NCBI GenBank assembly: GCA_041390065.1
Contig: JAWKQQ010000006.1
Coordinates: 194-64,193 of the forward strand
Reading direction: 5' to 3'
Source of the DNA: Candidatus Krumholzibacteriia bacterium
GTDB lineage: Bacteria; Krumholzibacteriota; Krumholzibacteriia; LZORAL124-64-63
DNA length: 64,000 bases
The translations under genes were made by a program, and so were the position numbers. The first letter of the stretch is position 1. Each line of letters opens with the position of its first letter. Below the pieces are notes generated by a model. That model was not told the origin of the DNA, searched no databases, and saw only the letters and a program-made list of their open reading frames with translations. Below, in pieces: positions 10,868 to 23,107 of the stretch.

Positions 10868-11845
10868 CTACTTGCGGTACCCGTGCGGATGATCGCGGTG
10901 CCAGGCCCAGGCGTCGCCGAGCAGCGTGTGGACATCGCTGCGCAGCGGTTCCCAGCCCAGCAGCTCGCGGGCGCGGTCATTCGCGGCCACCAACCGGGCC
11001 GGGTCGCCCGGGCGGCGCGGATGCACCGGCGGGTCGACCACGCGGCCCGTGACCTCCGCCGCGGCGGCGACGATCTCCCGCACCGAATGGCCGGTGCCGG
11101 TCCCCAGGTTGATGGCCGAGAAGCCGGGCCGCTCGGCCCACAGGAGGGCTCGCGCATGGGCCTCGGCGAGGTCGCGGACGTGGATGTAGTCGCGGATGCA
11201 GGTGCCGTCGCGCGTGGGGTAGTCGTCGCCGTAGACGGAAAAAGTTTCCGCGCGCAGCAGCACCGACCGCAACAGGCGGGGAATCAGGTGGGTCTCCGGC
11301 GCGTGGTCCTCGCCCCGGCCGCCCCAGGCGCCGGCGGCGTTGAAGTAACGCAGCGCCACGGCCGAGAAGCCGGCGGCCGCCGCGGCGTCGGCCATCGCCC
11401 GCTCCATGGCCAGCTTGGTCTGGCCGTACGGATTGACCGGTTGCAGCGGCGCCTCCTCGGTGATGGGCACATCGTCGGGCTCGCCGTAGACCGCAGCCGT
11501 GGACGAGAACACGAACCGCCGGGCGCCGCCCCAGGCCACGCGCTCGAGCAGGGTCAGGGTGCCGCCGACGTTGTTGCGCCAGTACTTCAGCGGGTTGGTC
11601 ACCGATTCGCCCACCAGGCTGTGGGCCGCGAAGTGCACGACGGCGTCGAAGGGCCGGGCGAACACGGCGTCCAGCAGGGCCCGATCATGGAGGCTGCCCT
11701 CGTGGAACGTGGTTCCGTCGGGCACGGCGCGCCGGTGACCGCTGCTGAGATCGTCGATGATCTCCACCTCGTGATCCTGGTCGCGCAGATGGGCGGCCGT
11801 GATCGCGCCGATGTAGCCGGCGCCGCCGGTGACGAGAACGCGCAT
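10868..11845 (-). CDS. galE: UDP-glucose 4-epimerase
   Basis: MRVLVTGGAGYIG Rossmann motif, YGQTK catalytic motif, 325 aa, GalE-like throughout. Confidence 0.85.
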   Translation of the reverse strand: MRVLVTGGAGYIGAITAAHLRDQDHEVEIIDDLSSGHRRAVPDGTTFHEGSLHDRALLDAVFARPFDAVVHFAAHSLVGESVTNPLKYWRNNVGGTLTLLERVAWGGARRFVFSSTAAVYGEPDDVPITEEAPLQPVNPYGQTKLAMERAMADAAAAAGFSAVALRYFNAAGAWGGRGEDHAPETHLIPRLLRSVLLRAETFSVYGDDYPTRDGTCIRDYIHVRDLAEAHARALLWAERPGFSAINLGTGTGHSVREIVAAAAEVTGRVVDPPVHPRRPGDPARLVAANDRARELLGWEPLRSDVHTLLGDAWAWHRDHPHGYRK

Positions 11846-11846
11846 G

Positions 11847-14654
11847 TCAGGCTCCTTTGGCGCGGACCCGCGCCTGGTCGAGCCGCCGGGCCAGGAAGCG
11901 GCCGGTCACGCTCGCGGGATGCTCGGTCAGTTCGATCGGCGTGCCCTGGGCCACGAGCCGGCCGCCGTCCTCGCCCCCGCCGGGTCCGAGGTCGATGACC
12001 CAGTCGGCCTGCGCCACCAGATCGAGGTTGTGCTCGATCACCAGCACCGTGTGCTGACGATCAACCAGTTCATGCAGCACCGTCACCAGCGCCTGCACAT
12101 CGTCCGCGTGCAGGCCGGTGGTGGGCTCGTCGAGGAGGTAGAGGTTCTTCTTGCCCGACGGCATCACCAGTTCACGGGCCACCTTCAGGCGCTGGCTCTC
12201 GCCCCCGGAAAGGGTCGGCGCCGGCTGGCCCAGCTTGAGGTAGCCCAGGCCCACCTTCTTCAGCAGCCACAGGCGGTCGGTGATGATCGCCTGGCCGCCG
12301 AAGAACTGCAGAGCCTCGGCCACCGTCAGCTCGAGCACCTCGGCGATGTTCAGGCCGCGATAGCGGACCGCGAGCGTCTGCGGATTGAAGCGCTGGCCGC
12401 GGCAGTCCTCGCAGGGCACCTCGATGTCGGCCATGAACTGCATCTCGACGCGATGGAACCCCAGGCCCTGGCAGGCCGGGCAGCGCCCGCCGGCCGTGTT
12501 GAAGCTGAAGCGGCCGGCCGCATAGCCGTGCGCCAGCGCGTCCTTGGTCGCGGCGAAGAGATCGCGGATCGGCGAGAGGATCTGCAGGTACGTGGCCGGG
12601 TTGGAGCGGCTGGTCTTGCCGATGGGCGTCTGGTCGACCCGCACCACCTTGTCGATGGCGTGGCCGCCCTGCAGGGCGGTGAACGGATGCGCCCGGCCCG
12701 CGCCGCCGAGCACCTGGCCGGTGAGGCCGTCGTGCAGGCAGCCGTTCAACAGGCTGCTCTTGCCCGAACCCGACACGCCCGTCAGCGCCGTCAGTCGCTC
12801 GAGCGGGATCTTGACGTCGAGGTTGCGCAGGTTGTGCAGCCGGGCGCCCTTGATCGTCAGCATGGGCACGCGGCCGGAGCGCGGCACGCGGCCGCGCACC
12901 GGATCCACCTCGCCGCGCAGATAGCGGGCGGTGATGGTGTCGGCGTCGGCCAGGAACTCCTCCATCGGTCCCTGGAACATCAGGTGGCCGCCCGCCTCGC
13001 CCGCGCCGGGACCGAGCTCGACGAAATGCTCGCAGCGTCGCAGCACGTCCAGGTCGTGCTCGACGACGACCACGGTGTTGCCCGACTCCACCAGGTCCTC
13101 GAGCGTGCTCACCAGCCGATCGCAATCCGCGGCGTGCAGGCCGCAGGTCGGTTCGTCGAGCACGTACAGCGTGTCGACCAGCCGCGAGCCGAGGCTGTTG
13201 GCCAGGTGGATGCGCTGGGCCTCGCCGCCCGACAAGGTGCGCGTCAGACGGTCGAGCGTGAGGTAGCCGAGGCCCACCCGCTCGAGGAACGACAGCCGCG
13301 AAAGCACCTCGGCCAGCACCTCGCCGGCGATCGCCTGGTGGGTCTTGTTCAGGCGCAGCTTCCGCAGCTTGGCCAGGGCGTCGCCGACCGCGAGGCGGCC
13401 GAGCTGGCCGAGGTCGAGGCCCCCCACCTTGACGGCCAGGGCTTCCGGACGCAGACGCGAACCGCCGCAGCTGCGGCAGAGGGTGTCGCTCATGAAGCGA
13501 CGGGTGAAGAAGCGGTGGTGGGCCTTCTTCATCTCCGCGCGCATCTGCTCGAGGTACGGGATCACCCCGAGGTAGCCGCCGTCGCGGTTCTCGAGCACGA
13601 GCAGCTGGTGCTCCCGGTTGAGCTTCTCCCAGGGCACGTCGAGCGGGATCTTGCGGCTGGTGCAGAACCGCATCAGCCCGGTCAGCTGCCGGGCGAAGCT
13701 CTCGGTGCTCCAGGGCTTGACCGCGCCATCGCGGAGGGTGAGCCCGGCGTCAGGGATGATCCGGGCCTCGTCGAACTCCAGCCGGTTGCCGAAGCCCCGG
13801 CAGGCCGGGCACGCGCCCTCCGGCGAGTTGAAGCTGAAGAGCCGCGGCGTGGGCTCGGGGTACACCGTGCCGCACGCGTTGCAGACGAGCTTGCTGGAGT
13901 ACTCCCGCTGCTCGCCCGTATCGTGGTGGCGCACGGTGATCCAGCCGCCCGACTGCCGCAGCGCCAGCTCCACGGCCTCGGTGAAGCGCGACCGCGCCGA
14001 GGCGGCCAGCTTCAGGCGATCGACGACGACCTGGATGGTGTCGCCCTTCCGGGGTCGCGGGCCCTGGTCCGCGGCCGCGTCCTCGAGGCGCAGCACCTCG
14101 TTCCCCACCACCACCCGCTGGAAGCCCTGGGCGAGCAGCGAGTCCGTCCAGCCATCCTGACCGGTCGCCTCCTGCGGATAGGCCACCAGCACGGCCTCGC
14201 CGTCCCAGTCGCCGCGCACGGCCCGCCAGACCGACTCGGGCGTCTCCCGGGTGACCGTCTCGCCGTCAGCGGGGCAGACGATCTTGCCCGTGCGCGCGAA
14301 GAGCACCCGCAGGTAGTCGTTGATCTCGGTGACCGTCCCGACGGTGGAGCGGCCGCTGGTGACGGCGTTGCGCTGTTCGATGGCGATGGCGGGCGAGATG
14401 CCGTCGATCCAGTCGACATCGGGCTTGGGCAAGCGGGCGAGGAACTGACGGGCGTACGTGCTCAGCGACTCCACGTAGCAGCGCTGGCCCTCGGCGTAGA
14501 GCGTGTCGAACACGAGCGACGACTTGCCGCTGCCCGACAGGCCGCTCACCCCGGTGAGCAGACCCCGCGGAAAGGACACGTCGATGTTCTTGAGGTTGTG
14601 CTGGCGCGCGCCCTTGATGCGGATCCAGTCGTCCATGCCTGGCCTCGCGTGCAA
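11847..14654 (-). CDS. uvrA: Excinuclease ABC subunit A
   Basis: 935 aa. Starts IKGARQHNLKNIDVSFPRGLLTGVSGLSGSGKSSLVFDTLYAEGQR. Zinc-finger Cys clusters and a second Walker A TGVSGSGKSSL. Confidence 0.95.
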   Translation of the reverse strand: MHARPGMDDWIRIKGARQHNLKNIDVSFPRGLLTGVSGLSGSGKSSLVFDTLYAEGQRCYVESLSTYARQFLARLPKPDVDWIDGISPAIAIEQRNAVTSGRSTVGTVTEINDYLRVLFARTGKIVCPADGETVTRETPESVWRAVRGDWDGEAVLVAYPQEATGQDGWTDSLLAQGFQRVVVGNEVLRLEDAAADQGPRPRKGDTIQVVVDRLKLAASARSRFTEAVELALRQSGGWITVRHHDTGEQREYSSKLVCNACGTVYPEPTPRLFSFNSPEGACPACRGFGNRLEFDEARIIPDAGLTLRDGAVKPWSTESFARQLTGLMRFCTSRKIPLDVPWEKLNREHQLLVLENRDGGYLGVIPYLEQMRAEMKKAHHRFFTRRFMSDTLCRSCGGSRLRPEALAVKVGGLDLGQLGRLAVGDALAKLRKLRLNKTHQAIAGEVLAEVLSRLSFLERVGLGYLTLDRLTRTLSGGEAQRIHLANSLGSRLVDTLYVLDEPTCGLHAADCDRLVSTLEDLVESGNTVVVVEHDLDVLRRCEHFVELGPGAGEAGGHLMFQGPMEEFLADADTITARYLRGEVDPVRGRVPRSGRVPMLTIKGARLHNLRNLDVKIPLERLTALTGVSGSGKSSLLNGCLHDGLTGQVLGGAGRAHPFTALQGGHAIDKVVRVDQTPIGKTSRSNPATYLQILSPIRDLFAATKDALAHGYAAGRFSFNTAGGRCPACQGLGFHRVEMQFMADIEVPCEDCRGQRFNPQTLAVRYRGLNIAEVLELTVAEALQFFGGQAIITDRLWLLKKVGLGYLKLGQPAPTLSGGESQRLKVARELVMPSGKKNLYLLDEPTTGLHADDVQALVTVLHELVDRQHTVLVIEHNLDLVAQADWVIDLGPGGGEDGGRLVAQGTPIELTEHPASVTGRFLARRLDQARVRAKGA

Positions 14655-14685
14655 AAAACCGCGGGGCGACGGGAGGTGTCGCCCC
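14653..14685 (-). terminator. Rho-independent terminator after the 14741-16844 gene
   Basis: Minus strand: GGGGCGAC-ACCTCCC-GTCGCCCC followed by GCGGTTTTTTGC. Confidence 0.6.
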
Positions 14686-14740
14686 GAACGGAACAGGATA
14701 GCAAGGAACCGGGTCCAGGGAAAGCCAGGGATTCAGGCGC

Positions 14741-16844
14741 TCACTCGACGAGCGTGAGCTTGCGGCACCGCACCTCCCCGCCCGCCTGCACCCGGAGCAG
14801 ATAGACGCCGGCGGCGGCCGCGGCCCCCCGCTGCGCCCGCCCGTTCCACGCCAGATGGCGGCGACCCTCCGGCAGGTCGCCCTGCCAGAGCTCGGCCACC
14901 CGGCGGCCGGCGAGGTCGTGCACCGTGACCAGCACCGGGCCGGCCGCGGCCAGCGTCAGGACGATCTCCGCCTGCGGGTTGAACGGGTTGGGGTAGACCG
15001 CGAGGTCGGCGATCCGCGCCGGCGGCACCGGGGTGGGGCTACCCGCCACCCAGTCGACCAGCCGGCGCATGAGCATCTGGTTCTCCGGCAGCCCGCCGAG
15101 CAGCATGCCTCGGCTGGCGACCGCCGCCGCCCTCCCGGCGCCCACCGCCCTCGCCACCACCACCGGCGGCCGGCTGCCGGGCGGGAAGAACCCGTCGTCG
15201 GTACGAACGTCGTCGTCGCCGATGATCACCTGTTCGGACCACGGCGCGAGGATACCGCCGCAGGTCTCGCCGCCGACGGCGCCGAGGCCCGCCATGAGGT
15301 CGGCGGCGTCGGGATGACCGCCGAGCTGGCTGAACAGCGGCAGCTCGGCGGCGCCGTGGAGGTTGTCGGTGGGATCGAGCAGCCAGACGTCGTCATGGAA
15401 CGTCCAGCCGAGCCAGGCGAGGTCGCGGCTGGACTTGCCCGGGTCGGCCGGGTAGCGCTGGCGGATGACGCCGTATTCGCTGAGTTCGAGGTCGCCCGGC
15501 CCGACCTCCACCGAGCCCAGTGCGGGGACCGGCGGGGCGGTGGGCCAGGGCTCGGCGCCGCTGAGCCCGTCCGGGATATCGGTCACCCAGAACCAGAGCG
15601 TGCGCACCCGCCGCGCCGCGGCCGGAGCGGTCACCAGCGGGAGCAGGCGGTCGCACGTGGCCCCTTCCGCGCGGTAGAGAGCCGTCCAGCCGGCGCGCCC
15701 TTCGGCGGCCGCGAGGACGCGCTCGACCCAGTGGTACCGGGCCTGGAAGTCGGCGAGCTGGCCGGGGCCCACGCCCGCGGCCAGGCCGCCGCGGGTGATC
15801 GTGGCCGCCAGGGTGGCGGCCAGCTCCTCGCGCAAGACCTCGCGGGCGGGCGGCGCCGGACGGCTCGCGCCGGCCGCCAGGTCGCCGGCGCTGACGAGCT
15901 GCCAGCGCGGTCCGGCCAGGTGCCGGGCCAGCGTGATCTCGCGCAGCGGCTCGGACGCCTGGCTGCGCAGCGACAGCCGGTCGCCGGTGCCCACCTGCAG
16001 CAGCGGGTGCGGCGGCGACAACGCCACCTCGTAGAGCAGCTGCGCGCGCCCTCCGGCCGGCACCTCGACCCCGCCAGGTCGCGGTCATGCCGCCGGGGCA
16101 CTCCCGGGTCGCGCACGCCGGGTGGGCATAGCTGAGCCGGCCGCCCATGGCGACGGTGAGGTCGCACGCGAGGCCGGCGGCGGAGCCGAGATCGATCACC
16201 GGCTTGAGCGCCACCTCGGTCAGAGGTTGCCGCACGAGCAGGTTGCCGTGGCCGGCGGCCAGGTGGGCCTCGATCGCCGCGAGCTCGCGCGGCGAGCACG
16301 CCGGTTCCTCGCCATCGAACATCATCATGGTGTCGTCCCAGACGCGCAGCAGCACGTCGTAGAGGGCGAGCAACTCGGCCGTGAGCACGTGCGGACCGAT
16401 GCCGATGGTGTAGGGGCGCGGCTGCGGGTTCCAGTCCGCGTACTGGATCTCGTAGTCGCCCGGCAAAGGATCCTCGAGGTGGAAGGCCCCGCGGAACTGG
16501 CCGCAGACCCTCCCGCCGCCGGGGCCGTACACCGAGATGAAGGGATACTGCTGGGTGTCGTCGGGGCAGACGACGTGGCCGTAGAGCGCGGTCGTCCCCG
16601 GCGGGACCGTGACGGTGAACGAGGTCTGGTCGGTGTTGAGCACCCCGGAGGCGAGCACGGTCTGGATCGGGAAATCGAAGGGAGTCAGGGCCGTGACCTG
16701 GCAATCGGGCCACAGGGCCTGCAGCTGCGTGGCGTAGGGTTGTCCGTGGATCTCATCGACGAGGATGGACGGGCCGGCCAGCGCCGCGCCGGCGAGGGCG
16801 ACGAGGGCGCCGAGGCCCATGATCAGGCGGGTGGGAAGGGACAT
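14741..16844 (-). CDS. Secreted protein with FlgD-Ig/T9SS-type C-terminal domain; reading frame broken once as assembled
   Basis: N-terminal part: ATG at comp(16842-16844) with GGGAGG upstream, signal MSLPTRLIMGLGALVALAGAALAG, coding-like down to ...ECPGGMTATWRG. C-terminal part is ORF 14741..16063, ending LAVYPNPFNPQAEIVL...GVYLLRVQAGGEVRCRKLTLVE. The two frames meet at the C4 run 16069-16072. Confidence 0.65.
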
Positions 16845-17043
16845 GGCCGGAACCTCCCTGGGCGTAGGGGTCGGCCGGAAGGCGGCGACGCTCACCTGGG
16901 CGCCGCACACCGCCAGGCGAAGCCCCCGGATCATAGCACATCGAGAGCGTGATTTCAGCCGACGGGTTTCCTCGCCGCGGAGCCGGCCTTACCTTGTCGC
17001 CGTCACGGCCGCCCATCGTCTCCGATCCCGCGAGGTCCGCCCG

Positions 17044-17850
17044 ATGCTCCCCAACGTTGAGGCCCTGCTCCAGACCATCGACACCCTGCGTTCGCCCGGC
17101 GGTTGCCCCTGGGATCGCAAGCAGACCCTCGAGAGCGCGGCCCATCACCTCCAGGACGAGGCGGCCGAGGTGCTGGAGGCCGCCCTGCACGGCGACCTCC
17201 CCCACGTGCGCGAGGAACTCGGCGACCTCCTGTTCATGGTGGCCTTCGTCACCCGCATCCTGAGCGAGGACCTGCCGACGGATCTCGACGAGGTCGCGCG
17301 CGGCGGCAACGAGAAGCTCGTCCGACGCCATCCCCACGTGTTCGGCGACCATGCGGCCGAGGACGTGGCCGAGAGCCAGGAGCGCTGGAACCAGATCAAG
17401 GCGGAGGAGAAGCGCAGCCAGGGCGTCGACCCCGGCCGGGAATCGGTGCTCAAGGACCTGCCCGCGAGCCAGCCGCCCCTGCACCAGGCTTACCGCTACC
17501 AGAAGGACGCCGCCGAGGTCGGCTTCGACTGGCCCGACCTGGACGGCGTCTGGGACAAACTGCGCGAGGAGGAGGCCGAACTGCGGGAGGCCGCCGCGTC
17601 CGGCGACCAGGACGCCATCGAGCACGAGCTGGGCGACGTGCTCTTCGCCTGGGCCAACCTCGCGCGCAAGCTGGGCGTCCACCCCGACGTGGCCCTGCGG
17701 CGGGCGAACGCCCGGTTCCGGGGTCGCTTCCATGACATCGAGGCCCAGTTCGGCCACGACCGCCAGGCGCTGACCCGCGCCGGGTTGCCGGCCCTGGAAG
17801 CCGCCTGGCAGGCGGCCAAGGCGCGCGAGCGGAGCCGCGAACGCGGCTGA
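17044..17850 (+). CDS. mazG: Nucleoside triphosphate pyrophosphohydrolase MazG
   Basis: ATG at 17044: MLPNVEALLQTIDTLRSPGGCPWDRKQT...EELGDLLF...VRRHPHVFG, with a second EXXE-type repeat ELGDVLFAWANLARKLG. The upstream part of ORF 16765.. is artefact. Confidence 0.9.
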   Translation: MLPNVEALLQTIDTLRSPGGCPWDRKQTLESAAHHLQDEAAEVLEAALHGDLPHVREELGDLLFMVAFVTRILSEDLPTDLDEVARGGNEKLVRRHPHVFGDHAAEDVAESQERWNQIKAEEKRSQGVDPGRESVLKDLPASQPPLHQAYRYQKDAAEVGFDWPDLDGVWDKLREEEAELREAAASGDQDAIEHELGDVLFAWANLARKLGVHPDVALRRANARFRGRFHDIEAQFGHDRQALTRAGLPALEAAWQAAKARERSRERG

Positions 17851-17886
17851 CCGGAGCCCTCGCGGCCCGCCGGACCGGACCGCGGC

Positions 17887-19442
<1,556 letters not shown>

Positions 19443-19446
<4 letters not shown>

Positions 19447-19766
19447 GGGGTCGCGTCCTCGGCAGCCGGCGCGTCGGTCGCCGGCGCCGCTTCCCGGCGA
19501 TCCCGCTTCACCTCGTCCAGGTAGTTCATCTGCAGGTCCATCACGGCCTGGTCGAGCAGCTTCACCAGGGCCTGCGGCGACGCGTCGCGGCACTTGACCT
19601 TGAGCATCTCCAGGATGTCGATGGTGGCGCGGGCGGCGTCGAGGTCACGCTCGACCTCGCCCGAGTGCGGACTGGCGACCTTGCCCAGTTGCACCATGGC
19701 CATGGTCTGCAGGTTCACCACCAGGGCCATCAGGACGTGATCGTGTTTCGAGAACGCATCGTTCAT
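19443..19766 (-). CDS. DUF1844 domain protein
   Basis: 107 aa from the ATG at comp(19764-19766). HDHVLMALVVNLQTMAMVQLGKV..GEVERDLDAARATIDILEMLKVKCR...LDQAVMDLQMNYL matches the DUF1844 pattern as I remember it. Confidence 0.65.
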
Positions 19767-20788
19767 GGGTTCGTGGCCTCCGGTTGATCGAACTCGTCGG
19801 CGATGGCGCCGGTGACCTTCTCGATGAGGTCCTCGAGGGTGACGATGCCCAGCGCCCGGCCCTCGCCGTCGACGACGGCGGCCAGCTGGCGGCCGCGCGC
19901 GTGCAGCTCCTCGAACAGCTCGTAGGGCGAGAGCGCAGGATCGACGAGCAGCAGCGGCCGCACCAGTTCGCGCGGCACCGGCGCCGTGTGCGCCACCCGT
20001 CCCTCGGCCAGCAGAAGATCGCGCACCAGCAGATAACCGTCCAGGTCGCCGTGGGTTCCCTGGACCGGAAGACGGCTGAAGCCGCTGCTCGCGGCCGCGG
20101 CGAGGGCGGCCTCGAAGGTCACCCCGTCGGGCACGGTCACCAGGGCGGAGAGCGGGCGCATGAGGTCGCTCACCCGGCGCTTGCTCAGGTTCAGGAACCG
20201 CACCGTGGCGCGGCGGAACCTGGCCTCGCCGGCCAGCGCCTCGGACCGTGACAGCCAGGCCGCCAGGCCCACGCGGTCGAGCTCGGCGGCGCCGCCGCGG
20301 TCGCCCACGAGCCGGGATACCAGCGCCGCATAGCCGCCCAGCGCCCAACGCACCGGCGCGATGAGCCACTGGAAGACGCGCAGGCCGGGCACGGAGGCCA
20401 GGGTGAGCGCTTCCGGGTACTCGCGGTAGACGATCTTGGGAATGATCTCGCCGAACACCACCAGCGTCAGCGACGCGACGACCACGGCCACGCCCTCGCC
20501 CGCGCGGCCGAGCAGGGCCGAGAGCAGGGCGGTCGCCACCGCGCTGCTCGCGACGGTGCAGAGGTTGGTTCCCACCAGGCAGGTGAGCACGGCGTCGTCC
20601 ATGCGGCGGCGCAGGCGCTCGAGGCCGGCCACCCGGTCGTCGCCATCCCGTTGCCGTCGGACCAGCCGCACCCGGCTCGCCGACAGAAGGCCAGTCTCGC
20701 AGCCCGAGAAGAACGCCGAACCGAGCAACGCCGCCAGGAGCACGAGCGTGATCAGATCGGCGCCCCAGCCGAGCACGCCTTCGCTCAT
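19763..20788 (-). CDS. CNNM/HlyC-CorC family membrane protein (DUF21 + CBS pair, no CorC C-terminal domain)
   Basis: ATGA overlap with the upstream paralog. MSEGVLGWGADLITLVLLAALLGSAFFSGCETGLLS (DUF21) followed by a CBS pair. 341 aa. Confidence 0.8.
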   Translation of the reverse strand: MSEGVLGWGADLITLVLLAALLGSAFFSGCETGLLSASRVRLVRRQRDGDDRVAGLERLRRRMDDAVLTCLVGTNLCTVASSAVATALLSALLGRAGEGVAVVVASLTLVVFGEIIPKIVYREYPEALTLASVPGLRVFQWLIAPVRWALGGYAALVSRLVGDRGGAAELDRVGLAAWLSRSEALAGEARFRRATVRFLNLSKRRVSDLMRPLSALVTVPDGVTFEAALAAAASSGFSRLPVQGTHGDLDGYLLVRDLLLAEGRVAHTAPVPRELVRPLLLVDPALSPYELFEELHARGRQLAAVVDGEGRALGIVTLEDLIEKVTGAIADEFDQPEATNP

Positions 20789-22089
20789 GAGCCCGCCTCC
20801 GGCGCCGGCTGACCCCGCTCCACGCTCACGCGCACGATGCGGTGGCCGTCCATGTGGGCCACGGTCAGGCGCGACCCGGCGAACACCACCTCGTCGCCCA
20901 CGGCCGGAACGCGGCCGAGCTTCGCCATGAGGAACCCCGCCACCGTCACGTAGTCGCGCGACGGCGGCAGCGAGAGGTCGGTCTCCTCGTGGAACTGGCG
21001 CAGGTCCAGGCCGCCATCGACGAGCCAGCGGCCGTCGCCCAGGGCCACGGAGCCGGGCCGGCCGGTGCCGGGATCGCCGACCCGGCCGATGAGCGCCTGC
21101 AGGCAGTCGGCGAGCGTGACCACGCCCGCGAAGTCGCCGTGCTCGTCGACGACGGCAGCCAGGTGACCCGCGCCGCTGCGCATCTCGGCCAGCAGGCCGG
21201 CCACGTCCTTGCTCTCGGGCACGAAGAGCAACGGCCGCAGCGGGCCGGCCAGGGGCCGCGCGGCCCGGTTGGCCAGCAGGTCCTTGGTGTGGAACAGGCC
21301 CACGGGCATCGCCCCCGCCCGCTCGATCACCGGGAAGCGGTTGTAGGGAGCGTTGCGGATCTCGGCCAGGATGCGAGCCCGCGCCCAGTCGCGGCGCAGG
21401 CTGCACACGTCCGGCCGCGGCGTCATCACCTGCTGCACCTCGAGGTCGTTCAGCTGCAGGAGGCGGGCCAGGAAGTTGCCCTCGGTCTCGGTGAGCACGC
21501 CGTCGTCGGCGGCCAGATCGCAGGCGAGCTGCAGCTCGTCGGTGCGCAGGGGCAGGCTGCCCGTCCGCTCGGCGGGCAGCCGGCGCAGGATGCTCTCGAT
21601 GGCGTCGGTGAGACGGCCGACGAGCGGGCCGGTGGCCGTCACCCAGAGGGTGAGCGGCGCCTGCAGCAACGTCGCCAGCCGCCGGCGGCCGCGCAGCGCC
21701 ACCAGCTTGGGTGTGATCTCGCCGAACACGAGCAGCAGCAGGGTCGCCGCCGGCACCGCGATCGCCAGGCCGCCGGCGCCGAACTGCTGCACGCAGATCC
21801 GGGTGGACACCGCCCCGATCGCCACGTTCACCACCAGGTTGCCCAGCAGGATGGCCGACAGCAGATCGTTGGCCCGCTCGACGAGCCGGGCCGCCCCGCG
21901 CTCGCGCCCCCCGCCGGCGCGCAGGCCGGCGAGCTCGGCGTCGGTGAGCGCGAAGTAGGCGGTCTCCGAGCTCGAGAACGTGGCGGACAGGAGCAGCAGC
22001 ACCAGGAGCAGGACGAGTTCCAAATCGAGCCTCCGCAGTGGCCGGAGCATAGCCACTTCCTTGACGGCCTGCAAGGCAACGCCTAGCAT
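20785..22089 (-). CDS. CNNM/HlyC-CorC family membrane protein (DUF21 + CBS pair + CorC_HlyC domain)
   Basis: LLLSATFSSSETAYFAL (DUF21), a CBS pair, and C-terminal VTVAGFLMAKLGRVPAVGDEVVFAGSRLTVAHMDGHRIVRV. Start may be the second Met (22050). Confidence 0.8.
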   Translation of the reverse strand: MLGVALQAVKEVAMLRPLRRLDLELVLLLVLLLLSATFSSSETAYFALTDAELAGLRAGGGRERGAARLVERANDLLSAILLGNLVVNVAIGAVSTRICVQQFGAGGLAIAVPAATLLLLVFGEITPKLVALRGRRRLATLLQAPLTLWVTATGPLVGRLTDAIESILRRLPAERTGSLPLRTDELQLACDLAADDGVLTETEGNFLARLLQLNDLEVQQVMTPRPDVCSLRRDWARARILAEIRNAPYNRFPVIERAGAMPVGLFHTKDLLANRAARPLAGPLRPLLFVPESKDVAGLLAEMRSGAGHLAAVVDEHGDFAGVVTLADCLQALIGRVGDPGTGRPGSVALGDGRWLVDGGLDLRQFHEETDLSLPPSRDYVTVAGFLMAKLGRVPAVGDEVVFAGSRLTVAHMDGHRIVRVSVERGQPAPEAGS

Positions 22090-22097
22090 CGCCCGTC

Positions 22098-23105
22098 ATG
22101 CAGACGATCCTCCTGATCCGCTTCGGCGCCCTCGGCGACCTCTGCCTCACCGGCTGGACGGCCTCCCGTCTCGCGCAGGCGCCGGGGCGCGGCGACCGCC
22201 ACGTGATCCTGGTCACCAAGGAGCGCTTCGCCGACCTGGCCGCCGCGTTCACCGGCGTCGACCGGGTGGCCGTGCTGCGCGAGCCTGGCCGCCTCGCCGA
22301 CCTCGTGCGCCTGGCCGCCCGCCTGCGCCGCGATCGTCACGACGTGCTGATCGACGCCCACGGCGTGCTCCGCAGCCGGTTGCTTGTGGGTCTGCTCGGC
22401 CGCCGGCCCCGTGCGAGGCTGCGCAAGGACACCGTGGCCCGCCTGCGCCTGATCCGCGGCGGCGACGTGGCCCCCGGCCTCCGCCAGCACCTGCGCGACC
22501 GCCTCGACCGCCTGCTCGACCAGGCGGGCCTGCCCGCCGGCCCGGCCACGCCGCCGCTCGCCCACCTGGCCGCGACCGGATCGCGGCCCGCGGTGCTCGG
22601 CCTGGCACCGGGCGCCCAGTGGGATCCCAAGCGCTGGCCCGCCGAGCACTGGGCCGCCCTGGCCGACCTGGCCCTCGCCGACGGCCTGGACCTGCGGGTC
22701 TACCTCGGTCCGCGCGAGGAGGCCTGGTTCGACACGAGCCCGCTCGCCACGCGTCTGTCCGGCCACGCTCGCGTCGAGCTCGTGCGTGGACGCAGCCACC
22801 TCGAGGTGGCCCGCTCGCTGGCGGGCTGCCGCGCCCTGGTCTGCAACGACAGCGGCCTGATGCACCTCGCCGAGGCGGTGGGCACCCCGGTGGTCGCCTG
22901 CTTCGGCCCGACGGTCCAGGCCTTCGGCTACGCGCCGCGCCTGGAACGCAGCCGGGTGCTGGAGATCGACGACCTCGCATGCCGCCCCTGCTCGCGGGTC
23001 GGCGACCGGCCCTGCCACCGGGGCGACCTCGCCTGCCTGGTGCGCCTGCGGCCCGAGCTGGCGTGGCGGACGGTCGCTCCCCTGCTGCGCGACGGGGCGG
23101 ACTGA
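22098..23105 (+). CDS. Glycosyltransferase family 9 (LPS heptosyltransferase-like)
   Basis: MQTILLIRFGALGDLCLT at the N-terminus and CNDSGLMHLAEAVGTPVVACFGPT near the C-terminus, both typical of GT9. Confidence 0.8.
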   Translation: MQTILLIRFGALGDLCLTGWTASRLAQAPGRGDRHVILVTKERFADLAAAFTGVDRVAVLREPGRLADLVRLAARLRRDRHDVLIDAHGVLRSRLLVGLLGRRPRARLRKDTVARLRLIRGGDVAPGLRQHLRDRLDRLLDQAGLPAGPATPPLAHLAATGSRPAVLGLAPGAQWDPKRWPAEHWAALADLALADGLDLRVYLGPREEAWFDTSPLATRLSGHARVELVRGRSHLEVARSLAGCRALVCNDSGLMHLAEAVGTPVVACFGPTVQAFGYAPRLERSRVLEIDDLACRPCSRVGDRPCHRGDLACLVRLRPELAWRTVAPLLRDGAD

Positions 23106-23107
23106 CC

